From assembly GCA_964594245.1 (NCBI GenBank), contig CAZQML010000191.1:1-37742 (forward strand): 37,742 nucleotides of DNA. The letters run 5' to 3'. This document shows, in pieces, positions 26,717 to 35,010 of the stretch (within the stretch, counting starts at the first letter, position 1; every line of letters starts with the position of its first letter). Position numbers and translations under genes: made by a program. Origin of the DNA: an uncultured Dehalococcoidales bacterium. Lineage in GTDB: Bacteria; Chloroflexota; Dehalococcoidia; GIF9; AB-539-J10. The notes under the pieces are model-generated. The model made no database searches and was not told the DNA's origin. It saw nothing but the letters and a program-made list of their open reading frames with translations.

Positions 26717-28705
26717 ATGGACCATGAGTTCGAGATAACGTCTGACCTGCGCCTCACCGGGGATCAGCCGCAGGCCGTTGACCTCCTGGTGGACGGATTG
26801 TCCCACGGATTTGCCGGGCAGACGCTGCTTGGCGTCACCGGCAGTGGCAAGACGTTCTCCGTGGCCAATGTCATCGCGCGCGTGCAGCGTCCCACGCTGG
26901 TCATCTGCCACAACAAGACGCTCGCTGCTCAGCTGGCCGCCGAGTTCCGGGAATTCTTCCAGCACAGCGCCGTCGGCTACTTCGTGAGCTACTACGACTA
27001 CTACCAGCCCGAGGCGTATATCCCGAGCACCGACACGTACATCGAGAAAGAGACGGACATCAACGACGAGATTGACCGTCTGCGTCATGCCGCGACGAAG
27101 TCCTTGTTTGAACGGCGCGATGTCGTCATCGTGGCTTCCGTTTCCTGCATCTACTCGCTCGGCTCGCCGGACGAGTACAAGAGCTTCGCGCTTCCCGTGC
27201 TTCGCGGGCAGGCGACCGGATTGCATCGCACCGTCCGCAAGTTGATAGGGATGCAGTACGAGCGCAATGATGTTGATTTGTCGCGAGGCAAGTTTCGGGT
27301 CCGTGGGGACACACTCGAACTGTATCCCGCCTACGACGAAACAGCGGTGCGTGTCGAGTTCTGGGGCGACGAGGTGGAACGAATCACAGAGCTCGACCCG
27401 GTCACAGGCGAACTCCTCTCAGAGCTTGGCAGGGTGGACATCTATCCCGCGAAGCATTTCGTGACTCCGCAGGACAAGCTGCAGTCAGCTATGCGAGACA
27501 TTCGCACAGAACTCCAGGAGCGCCTTGACGAACTCCACGCACAGGGCAAAGTCCTGGAAGCTCAACGCCTTGAGTCCCGGACGAGATATGACCTCGAGAT
27601 GCTCGAAGAGGTTGGCTACTGTTCAGGCGTTGAGAACTACTCGCGCCATCTGCAACAACGCGCTCCGGGGAGTTCCCCCTGGACTCTTCTTGACTACTTC
27701 CCCTCTGACTTCCTGCTGATTATCGACGAGTCGCACATGACATTGCCGCAGATTCGGGGCATGTATCATGGCGACCTCGCGCGCAAGCAGGTTCTTGTGG
27801 AGCACGGTTTTCGGCTGCCATCGGCCCTGGACAATCGGCCTCTCAGTTTTGAGGAGTTCACCGGCCGCATCAACCAGGTCGTTTACCTCTCTGCCACCCC
27901 ACGCCAGTACGAGCTGGAGCGAAGTTCTCGTGTTGTGCAACAACTGATACGCCCGACTGGCTTGCTGGAACCGACTGTTGAGGTAAGGCCCACGGTCGGT
28001 CAGATAGACGACCTCATGGGCGAGATTCGGGCGCGTGTTGCACGAGGGGAACGCTGCCTCGTCACCACGCTCACCAAGAGGATGGCGGAGGACCTGAGCG
28101 AGTACCTTGCGGAACTGGACATCAGCACTCACTACCTGCACTCGGAAATCGACACCCTCGAACGCGTGCAGATACTCCGTGACCTTCGCCTGGGTGTTTA
28201 CGACGTAGTTGTCGGCATCAACCTTCTGAGAGAGGGGCTCGACCTGCCTGAGGTAAGTCTCGTGGCCATACTGGATGCCGACAAGGAGGGCTTTCTCCGG
28301 TCAGCTGAAGCGCTCGTCCAGACCATCGGACGGTCAGCGCGGCATGTCAATGCCCACGCCATTCTGTATGCGGACACGGTAACGGCTTCCATGCAGACCG
28401 CGATGGAGGAGACTGCGAGGCGACGTGTGGTGCAGGAGGAGTACAACAGCCGGCACGGAATCACGCCGCAAAGCGTATCCAAGGCCATTCGCGACATTGC
28501 GCGGCAGGTACAGGAGGTGGCGGAGCCACTGCGGGCGTATGGAGATCGGCCCGCTACCCCTCGCGAGCTGAACGCGATGTTGAAATCGCTCGAAAGCGAG
28601 ATGAAACGGGCTGCCCGCAGCCTTGAGTTTGAGAAGGCCGCTCTCTTGCGCGACCGAATCGGCGAGTTGCGCAAGGAGTCCCAGGGTTTGCACCTGAGAC
28701 GTTGA
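26717..28705 (+). CDS. uvrB: excinuclease ABC subunit B
   Basis: [24 protein letters not shown] (beta-hairpin region), DESH, and the C-terminal UVR domain [13 protein letters not shown]. Start taken at [10 protein letters not shown] (ATG 26717). Confidence 0.95.
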   Translation: MDHEFEITSDLRLTGDQPQAVDLLVDGLSHGFAGQTLLGVTGSGKTFSVANVIARVQRPTLVICHNKTLAAQLAAEFREFFQHSAVGYFVSYYDYYQPEAYIPSTDTYIEKETDINDEIDRLRHAATKSLFERRDVVIVASVSCIYSLGSPDEYKSFALPVLRGQATGLHRTVRKLIGMQYERNDVDLSRGKFRVRGDTLELYPAYDETAVRVEFWGDEVERITELDPVTGELLSELGRVDIYPAKHFVTPQDKLQSAMRDIRTELQERLDELHAQGKVLEAQRLESRTRYDLEMLEEVGYCSGVENYSRHLQQRAPGSSPWTLLDYFPSDFLLIIDESHMTLPQIRGMYHGDLARKQVLVEHGFRLPSALDNRPLSFEEFTGRINQVVYLSATPRQYELERSSRVVQQLIRPTGLLEPTVEVRPTVGQIDDLMGEIRARVARGERCLVTTLTKRMAEDLSEYLAELDISTHYLHSEIDTLERVQILRDLRLGVYDVVVGINLLREGLDLPEVSLVAILDADKEGFLRSAEALVQTIGRSARHVNAHAILYADTVTASMQTAMEETARRRVVQEEYNSRHGITPQSVSKAIRDIARQVQEVAEPLRAYGDRPATPRELNAMLKSLESEMKRAARSLEFEKAALLRDRIGELRKESQGLHLRR

Positions 28706-28862
28706 CGCTACCCTCTCTGCACGCTACCCGCCTGTCGTGCCGTTGTTGATCCGAGACGACACCGAACGTAATTCTTCTTATTCCTCTCGCAAACCCCTTC
28801 TATTTGAGGACAAAAGGCGCTAAACTTATGGGTTCGAAGTAGATTTCAGGAGCATCATAGTT

Positions 28863-30359
28863 GTGAATATTGAAGTCATCCAGGGCGATATCACCACCAC
28901 ACTTGCTGACGGCATACTCGTAGGCCTGTGCGAGGATTCCGGGCGTCTTGGCCCGGCGACATCCGCAGTTGCCGCCGTCGACGCGTTGTTGGGTGGGGCA
29001 ATAGCGACCCTTCTTGACTCGAAGGGTGCCAAGGGGAAGGCAGGCGAGGTAACGGTGCTGCACACGTTGGGGCGCCTGCCGTGCAGGCTTGTGGCCGTGT
29101 GCGGGCTTGGGCCGCAGTCGAAAGTCACGATAGACAGTGTGCGTGATGTCGCCGCCGAGGGCAGCCGCGCGCTGCGCAAGCTCGGCGCCACCAGCATAGC
29201 CACAACTCTTATCGGAGCCGACGCGGCTGCATTGGACCACGGAGCAGTCGCGCGCGCCGTCGTAGAAGGCGCAACACTCGGCCTGTATTCCTTCGCGAAG
29301 TACAAGCAGCCTGAGGTCGTCAACGTTGAACGGCTTGCCATAGTCGTGCGCGACTCCGAGGATGCTTCCGGGCTGCAGGGGGCGGTCGGCGTAGGGGTTG
29401 CGCTGTCTGAGGCCACCAATCTCGCGCGGGACATGGTGAACGAGCCGGCGAACTTCATGACGCCCTCACGGATGGCAGAGATGGCCCTGGACCTTGGCTC
29501 CACCTACGGCTTTGAAGTTGCGGTCCTGGGGAAAGAGGAGATGGCGACTCTTGGAATGGGCGCACTGCTCGGGGTCGCCAGCGGTAGCGCGGAGCCGCCG
29601 AAATTCATACGGATGGACTACACGGCGGCCGGAGGGGACTCCGCCCGGATTGCCCTTGTCGGGAAGGCAATCACATTCGACTCCGGCGGCATCTCCATCA
29701 AGCCGTCCGAGGGTCTCGCCGAGATGAAGGATGACATGGCCGGAGGAGCGGCGGTTATTGCCGCGATGGGTGCCTTGGCACGCGCGGGGGCACCTGCCAA
29801 CGTGACGGGCCTTGTCCCCGCAACGGAGAACCTGCCTGGGGGCCATGCGTTTCGTCCCGGAGACGTGTTGAGGGCCATGAATGGCAAGACTATCGAGGTC
29901 ATCAGCACGGATGCTGAGGGGCGGCTGGCTCTTGCCGACGCTATCAGCTACGCGGTGAAGGAAGGCCTTGCGCCGCTTGTTGACGTGGCTACGCTGACAG
30001 GAGCGTGTCAGATCGCCCTTGGCAAGCAATACAGCGGGGTTTTCAGCAACAAACAGGCGCTCGCTGACCGTTTCCTGGGCGCTGCGGCAAGAGCAGGCGA
30101 GCGCATGTGGCAACTTCCGCTGGCTGATGAGTACCGGGAACTGAACAAGAGTCTGACAGCCGACATCAAGAATGTCGGCAACAGGCATGGAGGGGCTATC
30201 ACAGCCGCGCTCTTCCTTTCCGAGTTCGCGGGAGACGTCCCGTGGCTGCACGTCGACATAGCTGGAACGGCCAATAGCGCCAAGGACAACGGTGTCATAG
30301 TCAAGGGCGCCACCGGTGTCGCGGTCCGAACATTGTGCGAGCTAGTGAGGTCCTCGTAG
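28863..30359 (+). CDS. pepA: leucyl aminopeptidase (M17 family)
   Basis: NEPANFMTP, VGKAITFDSGGISIKP, MKDDMAGGAAV and the STDAEGRLALAD signature. GTG start with AGGAG 10 nt upstream. Confidence 0.9.
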   Translation: MNIEVIQGDITTTLADGILVGLCEDSGRLGPATSAVAAVDALLGGAIATLLDSKGAKGKAGEVTVLHTLGRLPCRLVAVCGLGPQSKVTIDSVRDVAAEGSRALRKLGATSIATTLIGADAAALDHGAVARAVVEGATLGLYSFAKYKQPEVVNVERLAIVVRDSEDASGLQGAVGVGVALSEATNLARDMVNEPANFMTPSRMAEMALDLGSTYGFEVAVLGKEEMATLGMGALLGVASGSAEPPKFIRMDYTAAGGDSARIALVGKAITFDSGGISIKPSEGLAEMKDDMAGGAAVIAAMGALARAGAPANVTGLVPATENLPGGHAFRPGDVLRAMNGKTIEVISTDAEGRLALADAISYAVKEGLAPLVDVATLTGACQIALGKQYSGVFSNKQALADRFLGAAARAGERMWQLPLADEYRELNKSLTADIKNVGNRHGGAITAALFLSEFAGDVPWLHVDIAGTANSAKDNGVIVKGATGVAVRTLCELVRSS

Positions 30360-30503
30360 AGTGAGAGACATCCCGTGCGACGGTGTGTCCTTGTCGGCTA
30401 ACCGGACCGAGTCCGGGCCAGAGGCGGCTGTGCGCGCTTATGCGAGCGAAATCTCGCGTTCTGGATGCTGTGGGTGAACGCAGGGCAGTGAGACCGGTAC
30501 TAT

Positions 30504-31247
30504 ATGGCCACAATCTTTGAATCGACGAACTTTCACTTCACCGCGCCCCCGCAGCTTGCCTGGGCCAGGCGGGTGTTGATTAAGCCGAGCGCGTCGTCTG
30601 CCCTCACCTATCCCGTAACCACGAGCCCCGACCTGCTGGAGGCAATTGTCTCAGGAATCAGGCGAGTGACGGACGCGGAGATACTGATTGCCGACTCGAC
30701 GCCAACTGGTGCGCCTATCTATCCCATCTACGAGACTCTCAGATACGCCTTCAACCGTGTCTTGCTTCTGGATGTGAAGGACTCGATCTTCCTCGAGATG
30801 GAGAATCCCCTGGAGGAGTTCTACGCAACTCCAACGTTCTGGGTGCCCAACCTTGTACTGCGCAGCGACTTCCTCATCAGCGTTGCCCCTTTTCACGTCC
30901 ACCGGGGGAGTGGGAGGTTCTCGATTGCGAACCTGCTGGGGCTCCTACCGCTTCTCCAAAATGGCACGGGCGAGACGCCGGAGTTGCAGGGACTTCGAGG
31001 ACTGGACCTGGAAAGGGTGCTGGCGGACCTCTACTTCGCGCTTCCTTTCGACCTCGGTATTGTGGAGGCGAGGGAGAGACTCGACTACATTGACGATCCC
31101 CGGGAGGGGAAGCGAACTCAGTACGGCAAGATTATCGTCGGAGAGCCGTTCGAAGTTGACACGCTCGCGGCAAAGCTCGCAGGGGCACAACCCGAGCATC
31201 TTTCGCTCATCGAACACGGACTGGGAGTCCTGGGCGACACCGATTGA
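30504..31247 (+). CDS. DUF362 domain-containing protein
   Basis: The pattern VLIKPSA...YPVTTSPDLLEAIVSGIR...ILIADS...VPNLVLRSDFLISVAPFHVH...SIANLLGLLP fits the DUF362 layout (IKPN.., T.P..v.avv, ..i.igd, inlp..K.H) recalled from memory. Confidence 0.6.
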   Translation: MATIFESTNFHFTAPPQLAWARRVLIKPSASSALTYPVTTSPDLLEAIVSGIRRVTDAEILIADSTPTGAPIYPIYETLRYAFNRVLLLDVKDSIFLEMENPLEEFYATPTFWVPNLVLRSDFLISVAPFHVHRGSGRFSIANLLGLLPLLQNGTGETPELQGLRGLDLERVLADLYFALPFDLGIVEARERLDYIDDPREGKRTQYGKIIVGEPFEVDTLAAKLAGAQPEHLSLIEHGLGVLGDTD

Positions 31248-31250
31248 GGT

Positions 31251-31568
31251 CTAGTACCTGATCTCAAACAGCTGATGCTTCTTGTCGTCCTCATCGGAGT
31301 CCCAGTCGACCGTTATATCGGCGACACGTGCGGCCGGGGGGCCTTGCCGGAGGCAGACGAGGTACGCCTGCAGCTGCTGACTGGTCCCCTGCGCCTGGAC
31401 CTCTAATGTATCGGCGTCCTGCATGTTCCGTGCGTACCCCACAATCCCCAGCCGGACAGCCATGGTTCTTGCGAACCACCTGAAGTTCACGCCCTGAACT
31501 CGTCCGTGCACGAACACCCGCATCGTTCGCGTTGGTTCGCACGCCTCCTTTTTTCCGCTGTCAGACAC
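31251..31568 (-). CDS. acyP: acylphosphatase
   Basis: VHGRVQGVNFRWFARTMAVRLGIVGYARN..D..LEVQAQG is the acylphosphatase signature. The ORF opens at GTG 31568. ATG 31523 (MRVFVHGRVQGV) is the more typical N-terminus. Confidence 0.85.
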   Translation of the reverse strand: MSDSGKKEACEPTRTMRVFVHGRVQGVNFRWFARTMAVRLGIVGYARNMQDADTLEVQAQGTSQQLQAYLVCLRQGPPAARVADITVDWDSDEDDKKHQLFEIRY

Positions 31569-31646
31569 CTGTGCGCACCCTCAGCAAGCCTTGCCTGGCG
31601 AGAATGCTGCCCTGTCTGCCACAGCTGCCTGTGGCTGGCAGGATCT

Positions 31647-31793
31647 CTATTCGACACTCCCGTCTTCGGGCTTCCGTCGCCTTCTCACGAGTTCAGGGTT
31701 GGCGGTGGGCTCAAGCTCACTGACCACAGGCGGCTTCTTCTCGCCCCTCTTCGGTTTCTTAGATTCCCGGCGTGTGATATCTCGTTTTCCCAT
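31647..31793 (-). CDS. hypothetical small basic protein (48 aa), not in the ORF track
   Basis: ATG 31793 lies 3 nt after the rnc stop and is preceded by GAGAGGGG. It reads MGKRDITRRESKKPKRGEKKPPVVSELEPTANPELVRRRRKPEDGSVE, then TAG. No family recognised. Support is position, SD and plausible codon usage only. Confidence 0.35.
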   Translation of the reverse strand: MGKRDITRRESKKPKRGEKKPPVVSELEPTANPELVRRRRKPEDGSVE

Positions 31794-31796
31794 GGT

Positions 31797-32489
31797 TCAC
31801 CCCTCTCTTGAGCGCAGCGCTGCCCACGCACACTGTGCTGCGGCTGTCTCAGCCGTCTTCTTGCTGTGACCGGTTCCTTGTCCGATCGCCTCTCCACGCA
31901 GGAATACTACCGCCGTGAACCGCTTGTTGTGGTCCGGTCCCGTGCTCACCAGTTGATACTGCGGTAGCGGGTCGTCTCGACCTTGCAGACACTCTTGCAG
32001 CAGAGCTTTGTAGTTCGGCGGAGAGCCGCTCAGCAGTGCATCGTCAAGCTGGGTTCCCAGGTGACGGAGCACGAAGGAACGTGCGACCAGGTATCCCTGA
32101 TCCAGATGGATGGCTCCCACGACGGCCTCAAACGCATCGGCGAGATTCCGGTCCTTGTCACGTCCGCCGGTAGCCTCTTCACCGCGTCCCAGGAGAAGGC
32201 ACTCGCCCAGTGAGAGTGACCGCGCAGCTCTGGCAAGGCTCTCACGCCGCACCACAGATGCTCTCACGCTGGTCAGAGTCCCCTCAGCCTCCGAAGGCAG
32301 GCTCGCGTACAGCTTCTCAGCCATTACCATGCCAAGTACCGCATCGCCGAGGAACTCCATCCTCTCATTGCTGGCTGACTGATTCCCATGGGTCTCGTTG
32401 ATGTGGCTCCCGTGTACAAGCGCCTGAAGGAGCAGGCTCCTGTCGCGGAAGACTACGCCAAGCTTGATTTCGCACTTGCTGATGTCCAT
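31797..32489 (-). CDS. rnc: ribonuclease III
   Basis: RNase III signature NERMEFLGDAVL, ..DAFEAVVGAI, and a C-terminal dsRBD (PNYKALLQE...Y..V...GPDH.K.F...V...G...G.G.G.SKK.AE..AA). Start set at MDISKCEIKLG (ATG 32489). The longer ORF overlaps the upstream gene. Confidence 0.93.
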   Translation of the reverse strand: MDISKCEIKLGVVFRDRSLLLQALVHGSHINETHGNQSASNERMEFLGDAVLGMVMAEKLYASLPSEAEGTLTSVRASVVRRESLARAARSLSLGECLLLGRGEEATGGRDKDRNLADAFEAVVGAIHLDQGYLVARSFVLRHLGTQLDDALLSGSPPNYKALLQECLQGRDDPLPQYQLVSTGPDHNKRFTAVVFLRGEAIGQGTGHSKKTAETAAAQCAWAALRSREG

Positions 32490-32529
32490 GTAGCTGCCCC
32501 TGTATTCGCTTCTTAAGGGAGCCGCGGTC

Positions 32530-33372
32530 TCACCAGGTGCGGCGAGCGTCGGCCACCCGCTCCATGGCGCTTTGCACGAGTTGTTGCGCCGTGCGCTGGG
32601 GAATCCCGTCGCGCGTGAGTTCATCAATCACGAGTTGTTGCGCCGCCACGACCTTCTTAGCCACCACTTCCGTGCCGCGGTCCAGCGACGCAGTCAAGTC
32701 GACATGTGCGGGTGTTAGCCGGCGTACGTGCTGCTCGCTGTCGGCGGTCCGGTGCCTGACTTGCTCAAGCGCGGAGTCGACAAGCTCAACGGCCACACTC
32801 CTCTGCAATCCATCCTGGACCAGCTCATCGGCCAGGCGGTCACGCACTACGCCGGCCTTTTCCTCCACAATGCGCATGGCTTCATCGTATGACGCCTTGG
32901 CGTCGAGGTGGGCGCTGGAAGCCCGACCGCGAGCGGAGTCCGGTGCGTTGCCTGCTCCGACCAATCCCTTCAGGGCCTTGTTGACCAGTCCCATCGCAAC
33001 ATCGCTTGCCAGTCCATCTTTCGCTACTTCGTCGATGACGCGCTGCCGTGCTGCGCTCACCTTCCGCGAGATGACTTGAAGCATCTGCTCCAGAGGAGCG
33101 TCTGGCTCCACACTGTCGTTGGTGAATCGTCCGCCCAAGTCTCGAGCCACGCGACTTGTCGATGTGGCCGTAGGAACCCGATTTGTGCGCCCGCGGACTG
33201 CTTGGTACGCGATATTGAGCTGTGCCATCTTGGTCAAAGCGTCGGACGCTCCGGAGCGGTCAGGGTGATACTTCATCGCCAGTGCCCTGTACGCCGCTGC
33301 TATTACCTCCGGCTCCGCCTGTGGGCTCACCTGGAGTGTTTCGTAGTACTCGCTCCGCTTGTTGTCTGCCAT
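32530..33372 (-). CDS. J-domain protein with three tandem about 50-aa C-terminal repeats
   Basis: The N-terminus YYETLQVSPQAEPEVIAAAYRALAMKYHPDR... is a J domain with HPD. It has no Gly/Phe region or zinc finger, so it is not canonical DnaJ. Three repeats share the core ..K......DE...DG.....A..LV.SA.E.V. Confidence 0.85.
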   Translation of the reverse strand: MADNKRSEYYETLQVSPQAEPEVIAAAYRALAMKYHPDRSGASDALTKMAQLNIAYQAVRGRTNRVPTATSTSRVARDLGGRFTNDSVEPDAPLEQMLQVISRKVSAARQRVIDEVAKDGLASDVAMGLVNKALKGLVGAGNAPDSARGRASSAHLDAKASYDEAMRIVEEKAGVVRDRLADELVQDGLQRSVAVELVDSALEQVRHRTADSEQHVRRLTPAHVDLTASLDRGTEVVAKKVVAAQQLVIDELTRDGIPQRTAQQLVQSAMERVADARRTW

Positions 33373-33552
33373 TTGCGATAGCCTCAGAATGCAGCAGCCT
33401 CAGTATGCATGGACACCATATGATACCCCCCAAATCGTAGTATGACTACCGTGGCGGTCCTCTTTTCACCATCCCGCGGTGGGGTTTCTCTTGGTCGTGA
33501 ATTCCTGCCTGTGTTAAGCTATTGGCCATCGCGTTGCCTTGTGTGCGGCCAC

Positions 33553-33626
33553 TGGGGATTAGTCTAACGGTAGGACGGCTGACTCTGGATCAGTTAGTCC
33601 AGGTTCGAATCCTGGATCCCCAGCCA
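33553..33626 (+). tRNA. tRNA-Gln (anticodon CTG)
   Basis: A cloverleaf folds by hand. Acceptor [15 protein letters not shown]-arm GTCT..GGAC. Anticodon arm GCTGA-CTCTGGA-TCAGT with CTG at positions 34-36. T-arm CCAGG-TTCGAAT-CCTGG. Discriminator G and an encoded CCA. Confidence 0.93.
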
Positions 33627-33759
33627 ACTATTCCTTGCGGGTCTTGCACTGGTGCCGCTGTCCTTGTCCAGTCAACGACCCCTCGGCCTTTGGAGGACCG
33701 CCACTGGCATTGTCGCTCCGCGTGCGGCCGGCAGAACCCCGCGGCGGACTGAAAGACGT

Positions 33760-34185
33760 ATGGACGCCTCAGCAATCATCTATCGAGTGTGGAGTTCCTA
33801 TTCTTCGGGGTGGGGCCTCTGTGTGTCCGCAGGGCTCCACATCTGGCTGGCACTCTGCCTGATGCTCATCGCACGCAAGAATGGCGTGGCCGGGGCCTGG
33901 ACCGCATGGCTGCCGATTGCCAACTTCAGGCTGATGTGCATTGTTGGCAAGTCGCCGTTGTGGTGTTTCTGGGCATTCCTCATACCGGTTGTGGCTCTGG
34001 CCGTGGGTGTGTTCGTCTGGCTTCCCCTGTGGATTCTGGCATGGCTGGGGATATGGGCGTTTGTCTGGGCGATAGCGTGGACCCGGATTTCGGCGTCCAT
34101 GGGAAGACCGGCTGCCTACGGCCTCCTTATCGTTGTCCCTGTGCTGAACCTGGTGTTGCTTGGCAACCTGGCCTTCAGTGACTAG
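33760..34185 (+). CDS. small multi-TM membrane protein (resembles the DUF5684 family from memory)
   Basis: MDASAIIY...LIARKNGVAGAWTAWLPIANFRLMCIVGKSPLWCFWAFLIPVV... contains four hydrophobic segments. The K.G..GW.A.IPI.N......G...WW pattern resembles DUF5684. Start moved to ATG 33760 because the longer ORF would begin only 26 nt after the tRNA 3-prime end. Confidence 0.55.
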   Translation: MDASAIIYRVWSSYSSGWGLCVSAGLHIWLALCLMLIARKNGVAGAWTAWLPIANFRLMCIVGKSPLWCFWAFLIPVVALAVGVFVWLPLWILAWLGIWAFVWAIAWTRISASMGRPAAYGLLIVVPVLNLVLLGNLAFSD

Positions 34186-34204
34186 TCAGCCGTCACGAAG
34201 ACGC

Positions 34205-34894
34205 TCAGTCTCCGGAGGAAGGCGTGGGCTCTTTCCCCTCCAGGTGTTTCGCTATTGCAGGTTCGAGCATCGCCCGGGGCATCGCACCGAGCTTCTGGTC
34301 CACGAGCCGGCCGTTCTTGAAGACGAGAATCGTCGGGATGGACTGAATCTGAAACCGCCTCGCGGTGGCGGGATTCTTGTCTACGTCGAGCTTTCCAAAC
34401 GTTGCCCTTCCTGCGTAGTCCTTTGCCAGCTCTTCAATCACCGGTGCGACCATCCTGCACGGACCACACCAGACCGCCCAGCAGTCCACCACCAACAGGG
34501 GGTGCTCACTCACGGCAGCGTCGAAGGTGGCATCCGTTAGCTCCAGCACTGCGCCTTCTGCGGTCGGGACTTCAGTTGTTTCCTGAGGATCTCCCTTTGC
34601 TACTGTCATCGAACCATCCTCTCTCTCCGTGAACACCAGTCGCAGTTCTTCCCACTTGAACGATTGCTCAAGCTTGCCCCGCGCCGCCCGCAGAAGCGCC
34701 CATTTCTCGTCCCTCTCGTATGTCTTGAGCGTCTCAAGGACGGCGTCGCCTTGAATCTCGTTTGCGTAGAACCGTCGCAGGAGTTCGTCCAGTTGCGCCT
34801 CTTCGGCGGCTGACTCGCGCTCGGCATCAGACAGACCTCCGATGTTCCTGAGTCGCTCTCTTACCCTATCGGAAAGGCCATCGTGCATTTCCAT
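34205..34894 (-). CDS. trxA: thioredoxin with an about 105-aa helical N-terminal extension
   Basis: The C-terminal 110 aa are a canonical thioredoxin: LTDATFD..V....LLVVDCWAVWCGPCRMVAPVIEELA....G....KLDVD.NP......IQSIPT.LVFKNG. An in-frame, stop-free N-terminal region is rich in charged helical sequence. The internal ATG 34609 (MTVAKG) also has an SD (GAGAGG), so a stand-alone Trx is an alternative reading. Confidence 0.85.
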   Translation of the reverse strand: MEMHDGLSDRVRERLRNIGGLSDAERESAAEEAQLDELLRRFYANEIQGDAVLETLKTYERDEKWALLRAARGKLEQSFKWEELRLVFTEREDGSMTVAKGDPQETTEVPTAEGAVLELTDATFDAAVSEHPLLVVDCWAVWCGPCRMVAPVIEELAKDYAGRATFGKLDVDKNPATARRFQIQSIPTILVFKNGRLVDQKLGAMPRAMLEPAIAKHLEGKEPTPSSGD

Positions 34895-35010
34895 TCTTCC
34901 ATTACCTCTCGCTGTTCGGACGCCCTATTGCCTTGCATACAGTGTGGAGACAGGGCGCCTCGGGACTCACGAAGATGCTACCGTCCGCATACGACGTACG
35001 TCGTCGGAGT

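Noticed and set aside
30498-30503. TACTAT directly abutting the DUF362 ATG as its promoter -10.
   Set aside because: A -10 ending 1 nt before the ATG would place the TSS inside the ORF. It could only work if translation starts at the in-frame GTG about 66 nt downstream, which cannot be decided here.
34991-35004. Perfect 14-nt palindrome ACGACGTACGTCGT just downstream of the hypothetical gene at 35011, as a terminator.
   Set aside because: It has no loop and no U-tract, so it is a poor intrinsic terminator. It might be a protein-binding palindrome, but a single short GC-rich palindrome is weak evidence.
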